DNA of 64,000 nt, taken from positions 62,001-126,000 of the forward strand of contig MEQL01000061.1 of NCBI GenBank assembly GCA_001770205.1. The letters run 5' to 3'. How positions within the stretch are numbered: position 1 is the first letter of the stretch; every line of letters starts with the position of its first letter. Below are positions 10,541 through 20,915 of the stretch, in pieces. Source of the stretch: Bdellovibrionales bacterium RIFOXYD12_FULL_39_22. Its GTDB lineage: Bacteria; Bdellovibrionota; Bacteriovoracia; Bacteriovoracales; Bacteriovoracaceae. The position numbers were made by a program, and so were the translations under genes. Under the pieces are notes generated by a model. That model saw nothing but the letters and a program-made list of their open reading frames with translations. It was not told where the DNA came from and ran no database searches.

Positions 10541-13423
10541 ATGCCACAAATAATGAAAGCAGACAACAGCGCCGATCATCAGGATTTTTTTTCTGAGCAC
10601 CAAAATATTTTTCAAACAATCTTTGAACAATCACCTATTGGCAAGGAACTATATGATAAACAGGGCCGACTACAGCATGCAAATGAAGCATGTCTAAAAA
10701 TTTTTGGCATTGAATCAATTAATGAGGTTGTTGGATTTAATTTATTCGAAGACCCCAACATCCCATTACCAATGATGGAGAGGATGCGCCAAGGCGAGAT
10801 AATTAAATATAACAGTGAGTTTAATTTTGATTTGGTAAAGAAATTAAAACTATACAACACCAGTAGATCCGGAAAAATAGTTCTAGATATTTTTATAACA
10901 CCACTAACAGATACTAATGGCGAAAGAAGCGGATATTTGGTCCAGGTACAAGACATTACTGAATTTAAAAACCGCAGCAATGCTCTTACGAAAAAAACAG
11001 AAGAGCTGGATCGCTACTTTACAAAAAGCTTAGATCTAATCTGTATCGCTAATGTTGAAGGTTATTTTTTGCGTCTTAATCCTGCCTGGACTGAAGTTTT
11101 GGGCCATTCGGTAGAAGAGCTGGTGGGTAGGAAATTTTTTGATTTTATTCATCCAGATGATTTACCATCTACCATCGAAGCGATTTCTACTCTTAAATCA
11201 CAAAAATCAATTCCCCATTTCACAAATCGCTATCTGGCCAAAGATGGTAACTACCGATGGATTGAGTGGCGTTCTTTCCTTGAAGGAGATCTTATTTACG
11301 CAGTGGCGCGCGACGTTACCGAAAATAAGCTAATGGAGATGGCCTTAAATGCTCGTATTGCGCTTTCTGAATATGCTCAGACCCACTCTCTTTCTGCATT
11401 ACTGCAAGAGACCTTAGATATAACGGAAGAACTCACCAACAGTCAAATAGGATTTGCTCACTTCGTTGATGACGACCAGCAAAACTTAACACTTCAGGCC
11501 TGGTCGACAAAAACCATGACTAAGTTTTGTAAGGCAGAAGGCCGCGGGCAACACTATTCAATTGCCGCTGCTGGCGTTTGGGTTGATTGTATTAAAGAAA
11601 GAAGGCCGGTTGTTCATAATGACTACGCAACACTTACCAATAAAAAAGGGTTGCCCTCCGGCCACGCACCAATAATTAGAGAGCTGGTTGTTCCCATTTT
11701 GCGTAACGAAAAAATTGTGGCAGTCTTTGGAGTAGGGAACAAGGCCTGTAATTACACGGGAGAAGATATCAAAGCTACTAAATATATGGCCGATACTGCT
11801 TGGGCAATTATTGAACAAAAAATGGCCGAAGAGCGCTTACAAGAAAGTGAAGAGCGGTGGAAGTTTGCGCTTGATGGTTCTGGTGATGGCGTATGGGACT
11901 GGAATGCTGTAACGAACAAAGTCTATTTTTCTCCTCAGTGGAAAAAGATGTTGGGTTATGATGATACTGACATTGGAAATGATCTTTCTGAATGGGATAC
12001 CCGCGTCCATCCAGAAGATCGCTCCAGCGTTTTCGCTGATTTAAAATTGCATCTTGATGGAAAAACTCCTTTTTATCTAAACGAACACCGAATGCGCTGT
12101 AAAGATGGAACTTATAAATGGATTTTGGATCGCGGAAAAGTTGTTAACAAAAACAGTGCAGGTGCTGTCGTTCGCGTTATCGGCACTCATACTGACATCT
12201 CTGCGCGAAAAAAATTTGAAGAAGAGCAGCGAAAAACCCAGGAACAACTATTTCATTCTTCCAAACTAGCATCCATTGGTACCTTGGCCGCCGGGGTCGC
12301 CCACGAAATAAACAATCCTCTGGCAATTTTGAAAGGGAATATTGTCATTTTAAAAGATGACTATTTATCTAAATGTGTACCAGGAGATGACACTTCTCAT
12401 GTTGAAAAGATTTTGGACCGACAAGATAGAGCGATTGACCGTATTGCAAACATTGTCTCCGGCCTACGCACCTATGCTCGTAACGACACTGACCTTGTGG
12501 AAATTATCTCCCTTAACAAAATAATTGGAGAGGTTCTGGGACTTTGTGAAAATATATATAACAAATCAAATATAGTTGTTAAAACTTTTTTTCACAGCGA
12601 AGAAAACCTTGTAAAACTCAATCACGGAAAATTTCAGCAAGTATTAATGAACCTTTTAAACAATGCTCGCGATGCTATTGTTGAAAAAAAGATCGATGGC
12701 CAAATTACCATCGATGTTTCAACGGTTTCCGAAAAAATCATCTTAAAAATCGCGGATAACGGTACAGGAATTGACAGACAGTATTTATCAAAGATGTTCG
12801 ATCCTTTCTGGACAACAAAGCCGGTTGGCCAGGGAACAGGCCTAGGCCTTAGTATTTCTCAAGCAATCATTCACTCTTTCCAGGGAAAAATTAATTTTGA
12901 AAGTACAAGGGATGTTGGCACTACTGCTACTATTGAACTTCCGCTTTATCGAGAGGAGCGCGAATCTACCATCTTAGTAACAGGAAAAACATCTACCCCT
13001 TCTTCCTTTCCGCGGCCGACCGAATTGCTTGCAAAAATTAAAGGGCGAGTTTTAATTGTTGACGATGAAGAGTTCCTTCGAGATTTGTTGCATCATTTTT
13101 TAGAATTTTTTGGACTAGAAGTTGATGCGGCCAAAGATGGCGTAGAAGGCCTAGAAAAGGCACGCATGGGAATATATGATTTTATTATCACCGACATGAA
13201 AATGCCACGTATGAGTGGAGATAAATTAATTGAAGAAGTTTGCAAATTAAAAACAGTTCGACCTAAAATTTTAGTAATTACCGGTGGAATCTCTTCTGAT
13301 TTTTCTAATGAGCAACTAAACTCTCTGCGAAAAAATGCTGATGGCATAATTACAAAACCATTCACCAAACAACAGCTTTATGAGGCCTTGACTGATCCTA
13401 AATTTGATATTAAAGCGCTTTAG
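10541..13423 (+). CDS. Hybrid sensor histidine kinase (PAS-PAS-GAF-PAS-HisKA-HATPase-REC)
   Basis: PAS motifs (FIHPDD, VHPEDR), GAF region, H-box AHEINNPL, GTGLGL, C-terminal receiver VLIVDDE/TDMKMP; no obvious TM. Confidence 0.92.
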   Translation: MPQIMKADNSADHQDFFSEHQNIFQTIFEQSPIGKELYDKQGRLQHANEACLKIFGIESINEVVGFNLFEDPNIPLPMMERMRQGEIIKYNSEFNFDLVKKLKLYNTSRSGKIVLDIFITPLTDTNGERSGYLVQVQDITEFKNRSNALTKKTEELDRYFTKSLDLICIANVEGYFLRLNPAWTEVLGHSVEELVGRKFFDFIHPDDLPSTIEAISTLKSQKSIPHFTNRYLAKDGNYRWIEWRSFLEGDLIYAVARDVTENKLMEMALNARIALSEYAQTHSLSALLQETLDITEELTNSQIGFAHFVDDDQQNLTLQAWSTKTMTKFCKAEGRGQHYSIAAAGVWVDCIKERRPVVHNDYATLTNKKGLPSGHAPIIRELVVPILRNEKIVAVFGVGNKACNYTGEDIKATKYMADTAWAIIEQKMAEERLQESEERWKFALDGSGDGVWDWNAVTNKVYFSPQWKKMLGYDDTDIGNDLSEWDTRVHPEDRSSVFADLKLHLDGKTPFYLNEHRMRCKDGTYKWILDRGKVVNKNSAGAVVRVIGTHTDISARKKFEEEQRKTQEQLFHSSKLASIGTLAAGVAHEINNPLAILKGNIVILKDDYLSKCVPGDDTSHVEKILDRQDRAIDRIANIVSGLRTYARNDTDLVEIISLNKIIGEVLGLCENIYNKSNIVVKTFFHSEENLVKLNHGKFQQVLMNLLNNARDAIVEKKIDGQITIDVSTVSEKIILKIADNGTGIDRQYLSKMFDPFWTTKPVGQGTGLGLSISQAIIHSFQGKINFESTRDVGTTATIELPLYREERESTILVTGKTSTPSSFPRPTELLAKIKGRVLIVDDEEFLRDLLHHFLEFFGLEVDAAKDGVEGLEKARMGIYDFIITDMKMPRMSGDKLIEEVCKLKTVRPKILVITGGISSDFSNEQLNSLRKNADGIITKPFTKQQLYEALTDPKFDIKAL

Positions 13424-13445
13424 CTAGTATCATTCTGTGCACGGT

Positions 13446-13958
13446 CTAATGTTCTAGATAGCGAATCTTATAGGTGTCACCTTGATAACCAAATCCTTGT
13501 CCATCTAGCTCAATGTACAATTCATAGTTCGGTGCCCCACCCGGAATTCCCGTCATGTTGTAAGGATCAAGTGTACGTAAATCAAATCCGAAAATTAAGT
13601 TATTACCTTTGCGCCCGAATAGTTGTGGCATAAACTGTCCAAATGGTCGATCACTGTTATCTTGGACGCGATATTTTATATTAATCCTTGGCATAGCAAC
13701 AAACTGATTACCAGTGCTGTCCACCAGGCCCTCTACATAAACTTCAAAACAAAAATGTGCAACGGATGCTCTTTGCCGAGTCCAACTGTCAACAGTAATG
13801 CTTCCATTATTTATTCCGTTAGGAGCAGAGCAGGGGGCATATGCTCCGCGTTCTATCATGACTCCAAAATTACCGGCCCATGGCGCAGTAGCAAAGGCCG
13901 AGAAGGATAAAATTAAAAATGCCATTAGTTGTAAAGATACTAGTAAAAATTTTTTCAT
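13446..13958 (-). CDS. Hypothetical secreted protein
   Basis: Signal peptide ending SAFA; RBS AGGAG; WTRQRA...CFEVY segment recalls myxobacterial DUF6209-type proteins (unverified). Confidence 0.6.
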   Translation of the reverse strand: MKKFLLVSLQLMAFLILSFSAFATAPWAGNFGVMIERGAYAPCSAPNGINNGSITVDSWTRQRASVAHFCFEVYVEGLVDSTGNQFVAMPRINIKYRVQDNSDRPFGQFMPQLFGRKGNNLIFGFDLRTLDPYNMTGIPGGAPNYELYIELDGQGFGYQGDTYKIRYLEH

Positions 13959-14080
13959 TTGATTTCTCCTGTTTTAAGAATCGGCGCTATCTTTGCCACC
14001 TTTTATCACAATAAATAATCTTTACAAGAGGGTATGAAAAATTTTCTTTTGTTTTGTTAGAAATATGTCCCGTGAAAAAA

Positions 14081-14608
14081 CTATTTTGCCTCGACCTTTG
14101 TCAGCCAGTTTGGTCGGGCCTCCTCGATAATTGAGTCAGAGGTAATAATTTCATTGATTAAATCCAAAGTGGCCAATCCTTCTGGGGAGTTAATCATTAC
14201 TTTTCCTGGCGTTTTAAAAATGTGTTTTATCTCTAGTTTTTTTTGCTTGGCCCAAGAATTAATTTGCGTCGCAATAATTCCCTTTTTAAATTTTACAATA
14301 ATCCCGCCAGGGAGTGTACGAATCCTTCCTCCGCCATCTGGGGTATCATAAAAAAGTGGAAGAACTTTACTGCTTTTGAACATTCGCTGTGCCTGATTAA
14401 TATTGCTCTTTTTTACTGTCTCAAGTCGGCCCTCGATTTTACCATCACCTTCTCGATCTCCTATAATCAAGCTTTCTTCATCTGAAAGAAAAACGGTTTT
14501 TTTTTCTTTTCCCGTATTATAGCTTAGCGATACTGCCTGCAATCCATATACTGGTAACATTCCCAAAATTAAGAGATAAAAAATTAAATGGTTCCTTTTA
14601 ATGGCCAT
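14081..14608 (-). CDS. Secreted protein resembling a free-standing subtilase propeptide/external chaperone
   Basis: Signal peptide; C-terminal half LPGGIIVKFK...IEEARPNW matches the S8 pro-domain/I9 pattern; overlaps the protease gene by 11 bp. Confidence 0.65.
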   Translation of the reverse strand: MAIKRNHLIFYLLILGMLPVYGLQAVSLSYNTGKEKKTVFLSDEESLIIGDREGDGKIEGRLETVKKSNINQAQRMFKSSKVLPLFYDTPDGGGRIRTLPGGIIVKFKKGIIATQINSWAKQKKLEIKHIFKTPGKVMINSPEGLATLDLINEIITSDSIIEEARPNWLTKVEAK

Positions 14609-16217
14609 ATATCTTTAACCCCCAATTAATAAAAGTTCCTGTCGTACTTGCGGAAACTCCTTTGGCCTTAACTTTGATCACCCAATTTCCTTCGGGATTT
14701 TCCATAAAATGGCGGGCCACTCCGAAAGTGAATAGACCAGAATAGACCGGACAGGTTCTACGCATATAGCTCAGGCTATAGCAGTAGTGTTCAGAGGCCA
14801 ACTGATCAGAAATATTTTCTCCATCTCGCGCCAAAACAATATCTAAACGGCCCCAATTGTCATAATTTATTTCCACCATGACATCCACATACTCAATATG
14901 CGTGATAGAACTATTGCTTATTGTAATTGTAGAACTAACGAGATTGTCGCTTCCAATAATTGGCAAATTAACCGTTTGTACTCCTGCGCTTGGATAACTT
15001 TCTGTTACCAGCGTAGGAAAATATGCCCAGTTCGTGGCCAGAAGAGTGGCAGAAGTTGCATCAACAACCCCAAAGCCATACTGGGGATTAACAAAGATTC
15101 CGGCGCCATTACGCTGCCACTCTTCATCACCTGGATCATTTCTGCGCGCAGATCTGGCCAAGACCCCTTTAACATCTCTCCACGATAAATTCGGGTTGGC
15201 CTTCAAAATAAGTGCGGCAACTCCTGCTACCACCGGCGCAGAGGCCGAGGTCCCCAAAAAAGAGTTGGTATAGTTATAATTGGGATAATCCCCAATTGCC
15301 TCCGCCACATTGTATCCACGATCATCACCTACCAGATCAGTGGTAGTTATCTGAGCATCTTCCAAATTACCGGAAGGAGCAGAAATCCAAAGATTGGCCC
15401 CTTTCTCCGAATAAAAAAGATGCTTTCCATTATTATCTACGCTCGCAACAGAGATTACTCCAATATGCGAATCATATGGATCGTAAATAGATAATTCATT
15501 ACGCTCTCCTCCATTTCCCGCGGCCCAAACATAGATTGTTCCTCGTCCTTCACGATTGTTGTTCAATCCTTCCCAAATGGTATCACTAAAGGTTGAATCC
15601 ATTTCGTAAAAATGGCCAAGGTCGTAATTCCCCCAGCTATTATTGGAGACATCTACATCTCGCGTAAGAGCATCTTCTTGATGAGTATCTGTAAAACTAC
15701 TAAGTAGTGTGAACCCCACAATTTCAGCATTTGGTGCTACTCCCTTCACTCCTACCGAAGTATCATTGGCGGCAATTACTCCGGCCACAGAAGTTCCATG
15801 AGAATCATAGCTGTACGAAGGTGTCGGATCATCGGTTGATTTTGAATAATTATAGCTGCTGGCAGTTTGCGAAATGTTTTTTACCAATCCAGGATGGGCC
15901 ACTTCTAATCCATCATCAACAATCCCAACCGTAACATTTTCTCCCCGGTTTCCACTGGCCCAGACATCTTCAACATTAATATCTTCCCCGGGTGTACCTC
16001 CAAACTGTCCGTTGTTTTTTAGATGCCACTCATACTGGTAATATGGATAAGAAAATTTTCCTGCTCCATTTTTTGCTGAAACAGTATCAGTACTCTGTCC
16101 GCAAGAGTAAAACAGCAAAAAGCTGACAAATATAGACGTGATAGTGGTTAGTTGATTGCCGGCCATACGCTGACTGTTCGGTACTATTTGGCCAAGACTG
16201 AGGGATATTTTCTGCAA
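14598..16217 (-). CDS. Kexin/furin-like S8 serine protease with P-domain, lipoprotein, no propeptide
   Basis: Catalytic VDDG, SHGT, GTSASAP, oxyanion AAGN; C-terminal P-domain ending WGLKIYG; lipobox FYSC; start may be ATG 16166. Confidence 0.92.
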   Translation of the reverse strand: MQKISLSLGQIVPNSQRMAGNQLTTITSIFVSFLLFYSCGQSTDTVSAKNGAGKFSYPYYQYEWHLKNNGQFGGTPGEDINVEDVWASGNRGENVTVGIVDDGLEVAHPGLVKNISQTASSYNYSKSTDDPTPSYSYDSHGTSVAGVIAANDTSVGVKGVAPNAEIVGFTLLSSFTDTHQEDALTRDVDVSNNSWGNYDLGHFYEMDSTFSDTIWEGLNNNREGRGTIYVWAAGNGGERNELSIYDPYDSHIGVISVASVDNNGKHLFYSEKGANLWISAPSGNLEDAQITTTDLVGDDRGYNVAEAIGDYPNYNYTNSFLGTSASAPVVAGVAALILKANPNLSWRDVKGVLARSARRNDPGDEEWQRNGAGIFVNPQYGFGVVDATSATLLATNWAYFPTLVTESYPSAGVQTVNLPIIGSDNLVSSTITISNSSITHIEYVDVMVEINYDNWGRLDIVLARDGENISDQLASEHYCYSLSYMRRTCPVYSGLFTFGVARHFMENPEGNWVIKVKAKGVSASTTGTFINWGLKIYGH

Positions 16218-16238
16218 TAATTTGCGCGAAAAAACAGA

Positions 16239-18548
16239 CTAAAAAGCTCGTTTAAGCAAGACCTTCACAATTTGCATTTTAAAGCGGTTTTTTGCTAATG
16301 GTCGGGCCTCCTTGATCGCAACCTCTGCCGCCATGCTTGCGATCTCTTCCGAGGTAGATTGGCCCTTTAAATATTTCTCGACCTCATACATCCTAAGCGG
16401 AAGAGGGGCCACTGCTCCCAAAACTATTTTGGCATTTGCAATTATTTTACTTTTTCCTTTTTCATTATAACTTAACACCGTCGCCAAACTTACAATAGGA
16501 AAGTCTATCGCATTGCGAATTCTAAATTTTTGATAACGCTGTTCACTTCCAAATTCGGGAGTAGGAATTTCTATTTCTCTTACTATTTCATCTTGCTCTA
16601 AAATTTGTTCCGCGGAGAAAAATTCTTTTGCTTCAATCACTTTTTTAGTTGTTCTAATTTTGGCATCAAGTGCTAGCAGTACCGGGGCCAAATCGGAAGC
16701 ATTAACCGCGATACAACCACAATTTAGACACCGATTAACTTCTGTGGCCACTTCTCCAGTTCTTTCACTTTTATTATAACAACTGCTGTGCGTTTCTAAA
16801 AACTCTCCCAGATTGGAAGCTATCATTTTTGCTTGTGTCTTAGTTTTTCCTTTTCCTTTTGTTCCCGATAAAAAGCTATCAATACTGCTGGCCGCCAGCC
16901 GGCCGGCGGCAATAGCATCAATAACTGAGGCCGGCCCATGGGTAACATCTCCACCAGCAAACACCCCTTTTAAATTAGTCGCCTTACTCTTTGCATCGAC
17001 AACGATCAGCCCTCGCTCAACTCTAACCATTTTATCTGCATAACAAAGATCCGTGTTCTGGCCAATTGCTAGTATAATTTGATCGGCAGCAATTTTTTCT
17101 TTTTGCGATTGATCAAAGCTGGGATTAAAACGCCTTTCTTTATCAAAAACATTTAAGCATCTGACAAACTCAATCTCGGTTAATTTTCCATCTCTCTCAA
17201 TAATATTATGTGGCCCCCAAGAATTCATGAGTTTTATTCCTAAAGAAAGCGCCTCCTCAATCTCTTCCGTAAACGCCGGCATAGTTGCTCTATCTTCTAA
17301 ACAGGCCATAACCACCGAGGCCGCGCCAAATTTTTTAGCAGAGATGGCCACATCAATTGCCACATTTCCTCCACCAATAACAACTATCTTCTTTCCTTTG
17401 ATTGTTTTTTTCTGTTCATCAATGTTAACAAGAAAATCTATTCCGGAGGAGAGATGCTCTGATTTTTCCATCTTCAAAGTTTTTTGCTTCCATGCCCCTG
17501 TGGCCAAAAATAGTGCGCTAAATTTTTTCCGCAACTCTTTGAGCGTTTTTCCGCGAGGGCCGATCTCTACACCCAATTCAAACTTTATACCCATTTTCTC
17601 TAGAGCATTAATCTGTTTAATGACTAATTCTTTTGCTAAGCGATAGTCGGGAATCCCATATGTAAGCATCCCTCCGGCCTTGGCCATTTTATCAAACACC
17701 GTTACGCGATATCCTTGCACTCTCAAATAATAGGCAGCAGATAATCCCGCTGGCCCGGCCCCAACAATGGCCACTGTTTGGGCCTTTTGTTTTTTGGGGG
17801 CCTTCATTAATTTCCGAGTATTGGCCAAAATATAATCCCCTAAAAATGACTCTACTGATCTAATGGAAACTGGGGCGTCCCAATCTTTTCTATTACACGC
17901 CGACTCACAAAGATGTGGACAAACTCTTCCGGTCATTGCGGGCAACGGGTTATTCAATAAAATTGTTGCCGCAGCATCGACAGTTTTTTTGCTGCGCATT
18001 TGACTCATATAAGGAGCAATTTCCACATTGCCTGGACATGAATTAGTACACGCCGGATTACCTACTCGCACGGCACCAAAGATTGAGTGATAACGATTAT
18101 CGCCTAGAGCGGCACCACATTTAGTTCCACCTTTTCTTAGGCAATGGAATTGATTATCTGGCGCCCGATAGTACCAACAGCGTGGTTCTTGACAAATATT
18201 TCCCCCAATTGTCCCCATGTTTCTAATCTGGGGAGAGGCCACGGTACGTGCGGCCTGTGCCAGCATTATAAATTTTTCTTTAACTATTTTGTTAGAAATT
18301 ATTTCGTCTAAAGTGGTGAGTGCGCCAATACGCAAAACTTTTTTATCTTCTCTTATGTAATTAAGGCCAGGAATAGTTTTTAAATCAACAACCGTCTCTG
18401 GGAGTTCGGGATGAATTTTATCTTTTAGCGTTCCCAGTAAATCCGTTCCTCCGGCCATAACTTTTATCGTTTTTTTACTTTTCTCTTTTGCTAATTCGCT
18501 GGCGGCCTGTTGAAGAGAGGTAGCAGCGATATATTTAAAATTTTTCAT
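16239..18548 (-). CDS. Molybdenum hydroxylase FAD subunit (CoxM/PaoB type) with inserted GltD-like Fe-S flavoprotein module
   Basis: AGGTDL, QIRNMGTIGGN, Cys-rich loop; insert with CTNSCP, GRVCPHLCESAC, GAGPAG, YGIP, GGGNVAID, FAGGD; resumes at CIAVNASDL with a CO-dehydrogenase flavoprotein C-terminal domain. Confidence 0.85.
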   Translation of the reverse strand: MKNFKYIAATSLQQAASELAKEKSKKTIKVMAGGTDLLGTLKDKIHPELPETVVDLKTIPGLNYIREDKKVLRIGALTTLDEIISNKIVKEKFIMLAQAARTVASPQIRNMGTIGGNICQEPRCWYYRAPDNQFHCLRKGGTKCGAALGDNRYHSIFGAVRVGNPACTNSCPGNVEIAPYMSQMRSKKTVDAAATILLNNPLPAMTGRVCPHLCESACNRKDWDAPVSIRSVESFLGDYILANTRKLMKAPKKQKAQTVAIVGAGPAGLSAAYYLRVQGYRVTVFDKMAKAGGMLTYGIPDYRLAKELVIKQINALEKMGIKFELGVEIGPRGKTLKELRKKFSALFLATGAWKQKTLKMEKSEHLSSGIDFLVNIDEQKKTIKGKKIVVIGGGNVAIDVAISAKKFGAASVVMACLEDRATMPAFTEEIEEALSLGIKLMNSWGPHNIIERDGKLTEIEFVRCLNVFDKERRFNPSFDQSQKEKIAADQIILAIGQNTDLCYADKMVRVERGLIVVDAKSKATNLKGVFAGGDVTHGPASVIDAIAAGRLAASSIDSFLSGTKGKGKTKTQAKMIASNLGEFLETHSSCYNKSERTGEVATEVNRCLNCGCIAVNASDLAPVLLALDAKIRTTKKVIEAKEFFSAEQILEQDEIVREIEIPTPEFGSEQRYQKFRIRNAIDFPIVSLATVLSYNEKGKSKIIANAKIVLGAVAPLPLRMYEVEKYLKGQSTSEEIASMAAEVAIKEARPLAKNRFKMQIVKVLLKRAF

Positions 18549-18557
18549 AAGCAACCT

Positions 18558-20915
18558 TTATGCTTTGCCCAAGGCCACAAGAACTTTCTCTGGCTTAATG
18601 GGGATATCGTTAATTCTAACGCCTATGGCGTTATAGATAGCATTTAAAACGGCCCGCGGAGTACAGGTAACGGTTCCTTCACCAATACCGCAAGCACCAT
18701 ATTCACCGGCACCTTTCCACACTTCCATTAGCACTGGTTCAATTTCTGGCATGTCGGCCATCGTGGGAATTTTATAATCTATCAAATTAAAATTTAGTGG
18801 AACTCCGGTGGCCTCATCGTATATGATCTCTTCTGTTAATGCCTCTCCTAATCCCATGCACTGGCCACCAATTTGCTGCGCCTCTGCTCCGGAGGCAAAC
18901 ATAACGGTTCCACAATCGTTGAGCACCACCAACTTTAACACCTCCACCTTCCCTGTTTCCGTATCCACTTCTACTTCCGCAAAAGTTGCGATGTATGGTA
19001 CTCCTGTTTTTTCGCTATTGGGAGCTCGGCCGAGCCGAATAACAATCGGAATTAGATCTCCCGAATTCATTAATTCCTTCACTGTCATGCTGGCCCTTTT
19101 TGAGTTTTTTAGAAAAACATTGCCCTCTAGAATATCTAGATCCTCTATTTTTTGCTTCATCACCTTTGCCGCTTTTTCCAATAACCTAATTTTCAAATCT
19201 CGAGCAGCATGTGCAATCACCTCTGATTGCAAATAGGCAACTGCACTATCGGTTTGCACACAATCTTTTAAGCTCGTCTCGGTATCCACAACGTGTGGCC
19301 ATAAAATATCTGAAGGGGTGATTCCTAAAAAGCTAAGGGCCTCCGCGCAACCTAATACATTGCAGGTGTTCGAACCAGTTCCTGTTTCTACGGTGGGTGC
19401 TTCTAACATGACTGTGCAATCGGTATTTAAAGTTATACCAACTTGAATTTCTCCACGCCGTGCTTCCTGCCACTCAGCATGCCAGGCCGGGTGAAAAGAA
19501 AAACCCACACCCTGTTTTTTAACGCCGGGATATTTTCCGGGTTTATGTCGTTTACTCTTCCAGCCAATCCTTTCAGCTCCCTCTTTTAAAACGGCCAACA
19601 AACTTTTATCTGGCCGCGAGCCCCACTCATGGCCAAAATTTTTTATTGCCAAATCAATGGGATCCATTACTAACTTTTCGGCCAGCATATCCACCATATG
19701 GCCAAAGATCAGATTAAATTGCGAATTGCCAACTCCTCTCATCATGCAAGCAGGAAGCTTATTGGTGTAAACGCCATAGGATTCCATTTTAATATTGGGA
19801 ATGTGTGCCAACGCCACTTCGGTGATTTCCGTTGGCGCAAATTTTAATGCGAACATGGTATGATCTGCGTAGGCACCCGCATTGCCAATAGATTTAAACT
19901 GCATGGCAGTTATCGTTCCATCTTTTCGGGCCCCCATTTTTCCTCGATAAATTGCAGGTTGACGAGAATCATGAAAACTGTCGCGACGAGTATGTCTAAA
20001 TTTTACCGGACATCCTGTTTTTTTTGACAAGAGCGCTGTAAAAAGAAAAAAAGGTTGATCTCCAGTATCACCTCGTCCAAACTGTCCTCCCACGTAGGAA
20101 CTAATGATTCTTACTTTGTGAATGGGAATATTGAGCATCTCACTGATATGCATTCGAGACTGATCGGCCTCAAAAGAATTTGAACGTACAGTTATTTTAT
20201 CATCCTTCCAATCTACTAAGCAGCACCAATTATCCAACGATGCTTGAGTAGCATTGTGATGGATAGAGGTATCCTCTACCACGATATCTGCTTCGGCAAA
20301 CGCATGATCTACGTTGCCTCGATTAACAAAAACATCCTCTCCTCCAATGATATCTTTGGGCAAAATATTATTAGGTGAAATATCTGCATGGATAATTGGA
20401 GCACCAGGTTTCATTGCTTCCAATGGATCAAGCACAAACGGCAAAACCTCCCATTCCACTTTTATTAGTCGCAATGCCTCTTCTGCGATCTCTTCACTTT
20501 CAGCGGCCACCACCGCGCCAACCTCATCTGTGGCCCAACAAGCGTGATCACCCAAAACACGGCGATCACGAAAATGTCGCCACATCATACGATCATATGA
20601 AACAGTGTCCACACCATCGGTCCAACCCGCATTGGTCACACGTAGTGAGGCAAATTCTGGATCCTGGTAAGTTAAAATGGCCCGCACTCCCGGCAAGGCC
20701 GCCGCTGCACTGGTATCCATGCTTTTAATTTTGGCATGGGCATAGGGACTCCGCAGAACTTTGGCATAAAGCATATCAGGGTAATTACTTTTCAGAGTAA
20801 TATCGTCTACAAATTTCACTTTTCCAGAGGCCTTCTCTTGGCCGTCTATGCGTGGACGATATCCTCCAATAAACTTGCGAGGAGTTCGTGGAGTGTATGG
20901 CCTCGGATTATTCAT
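18558..20915 (-). CDS. Xanthine dehydrogenase family molybdopterin-binding subunit
   Basis: RSPYAHAKI hammerhead domain, AEVEVDTETGKV, QQIGG, DYKIPT, GIGE, NAIYNAIG. Confidence 0.93.
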   Translation of the reverse strand: MNNPRPYTPRTPRKFIGGYRPRIDGQEKASGKVKFVDDITLKSNYPDMLYAKVLRSPYAHAKIKSMDTSAAAALPGVRAILTYQDPEFASLRVTNAGWTDGVDTVSYDRMMWRHFRDRRVLGDHACWATDEVGAVVAAESEEIAEEALRLIKVEWEVLPFVLDPLEAMKPGAPIIHADISPNNILPKDIIGGEDVFVNRGNVDHAFAEADIVVEDTSIHHNATQASLDNWCCLVDWKDDKITVRSNSFEADQSRMHISEMLNIPIHKVRIISSYVGGQFGRGDTGDQPFFLFTALLSKKTGCPVKFRHTRRDSFHDSRQPAIYRGKMGARKDGTITAMQFKSIGNAGAYADHTMFALKFAPTEITEVALAHIPNIKMESYGVYTNKLPACMMRGVGNSQFNLIFGHMVDMLAEKLVMDPIDLAIKNFGHEWGSRPDKSLLAVLKEGAERIGWKSKRHKPGKYPGVKKQGVGFSFHPAWHAEWQEARRGEIQVGITLNTDCTVMLEAPTVETGTGSNTCNVLGCAEALSFLGITPSDILWPHVVDTETSLKDCVQTDSAVAYLQSEVIAHAARDLKIRLLEKAAKVMKQKIEDLDILEGNVFLKNSKRASMTVKELMNSGDLIPIVIRLGRAPNSEKTGVPYIATFAEVEVDTETGKVEVLKLVVLNDCGTVMFASGAEAQQIGGQCMGLGEALTEEIIYDEATGVPLNFNLIDYKIPTMADMPEIEPVLMEVWKGAGEYGACGIGEGTVTCTPRAVLNAIYNAIGVRINDIPIKPEKVLVALGKA

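Noticed and set aside
13979..14006. Possible sigma28 or sigma54 motif upstream of the 170-aa secreted gene
   Set aside because: Only partial matches (GCCGATTC with an off-spaced -35; GG-N10-GC without TT), too weak to call
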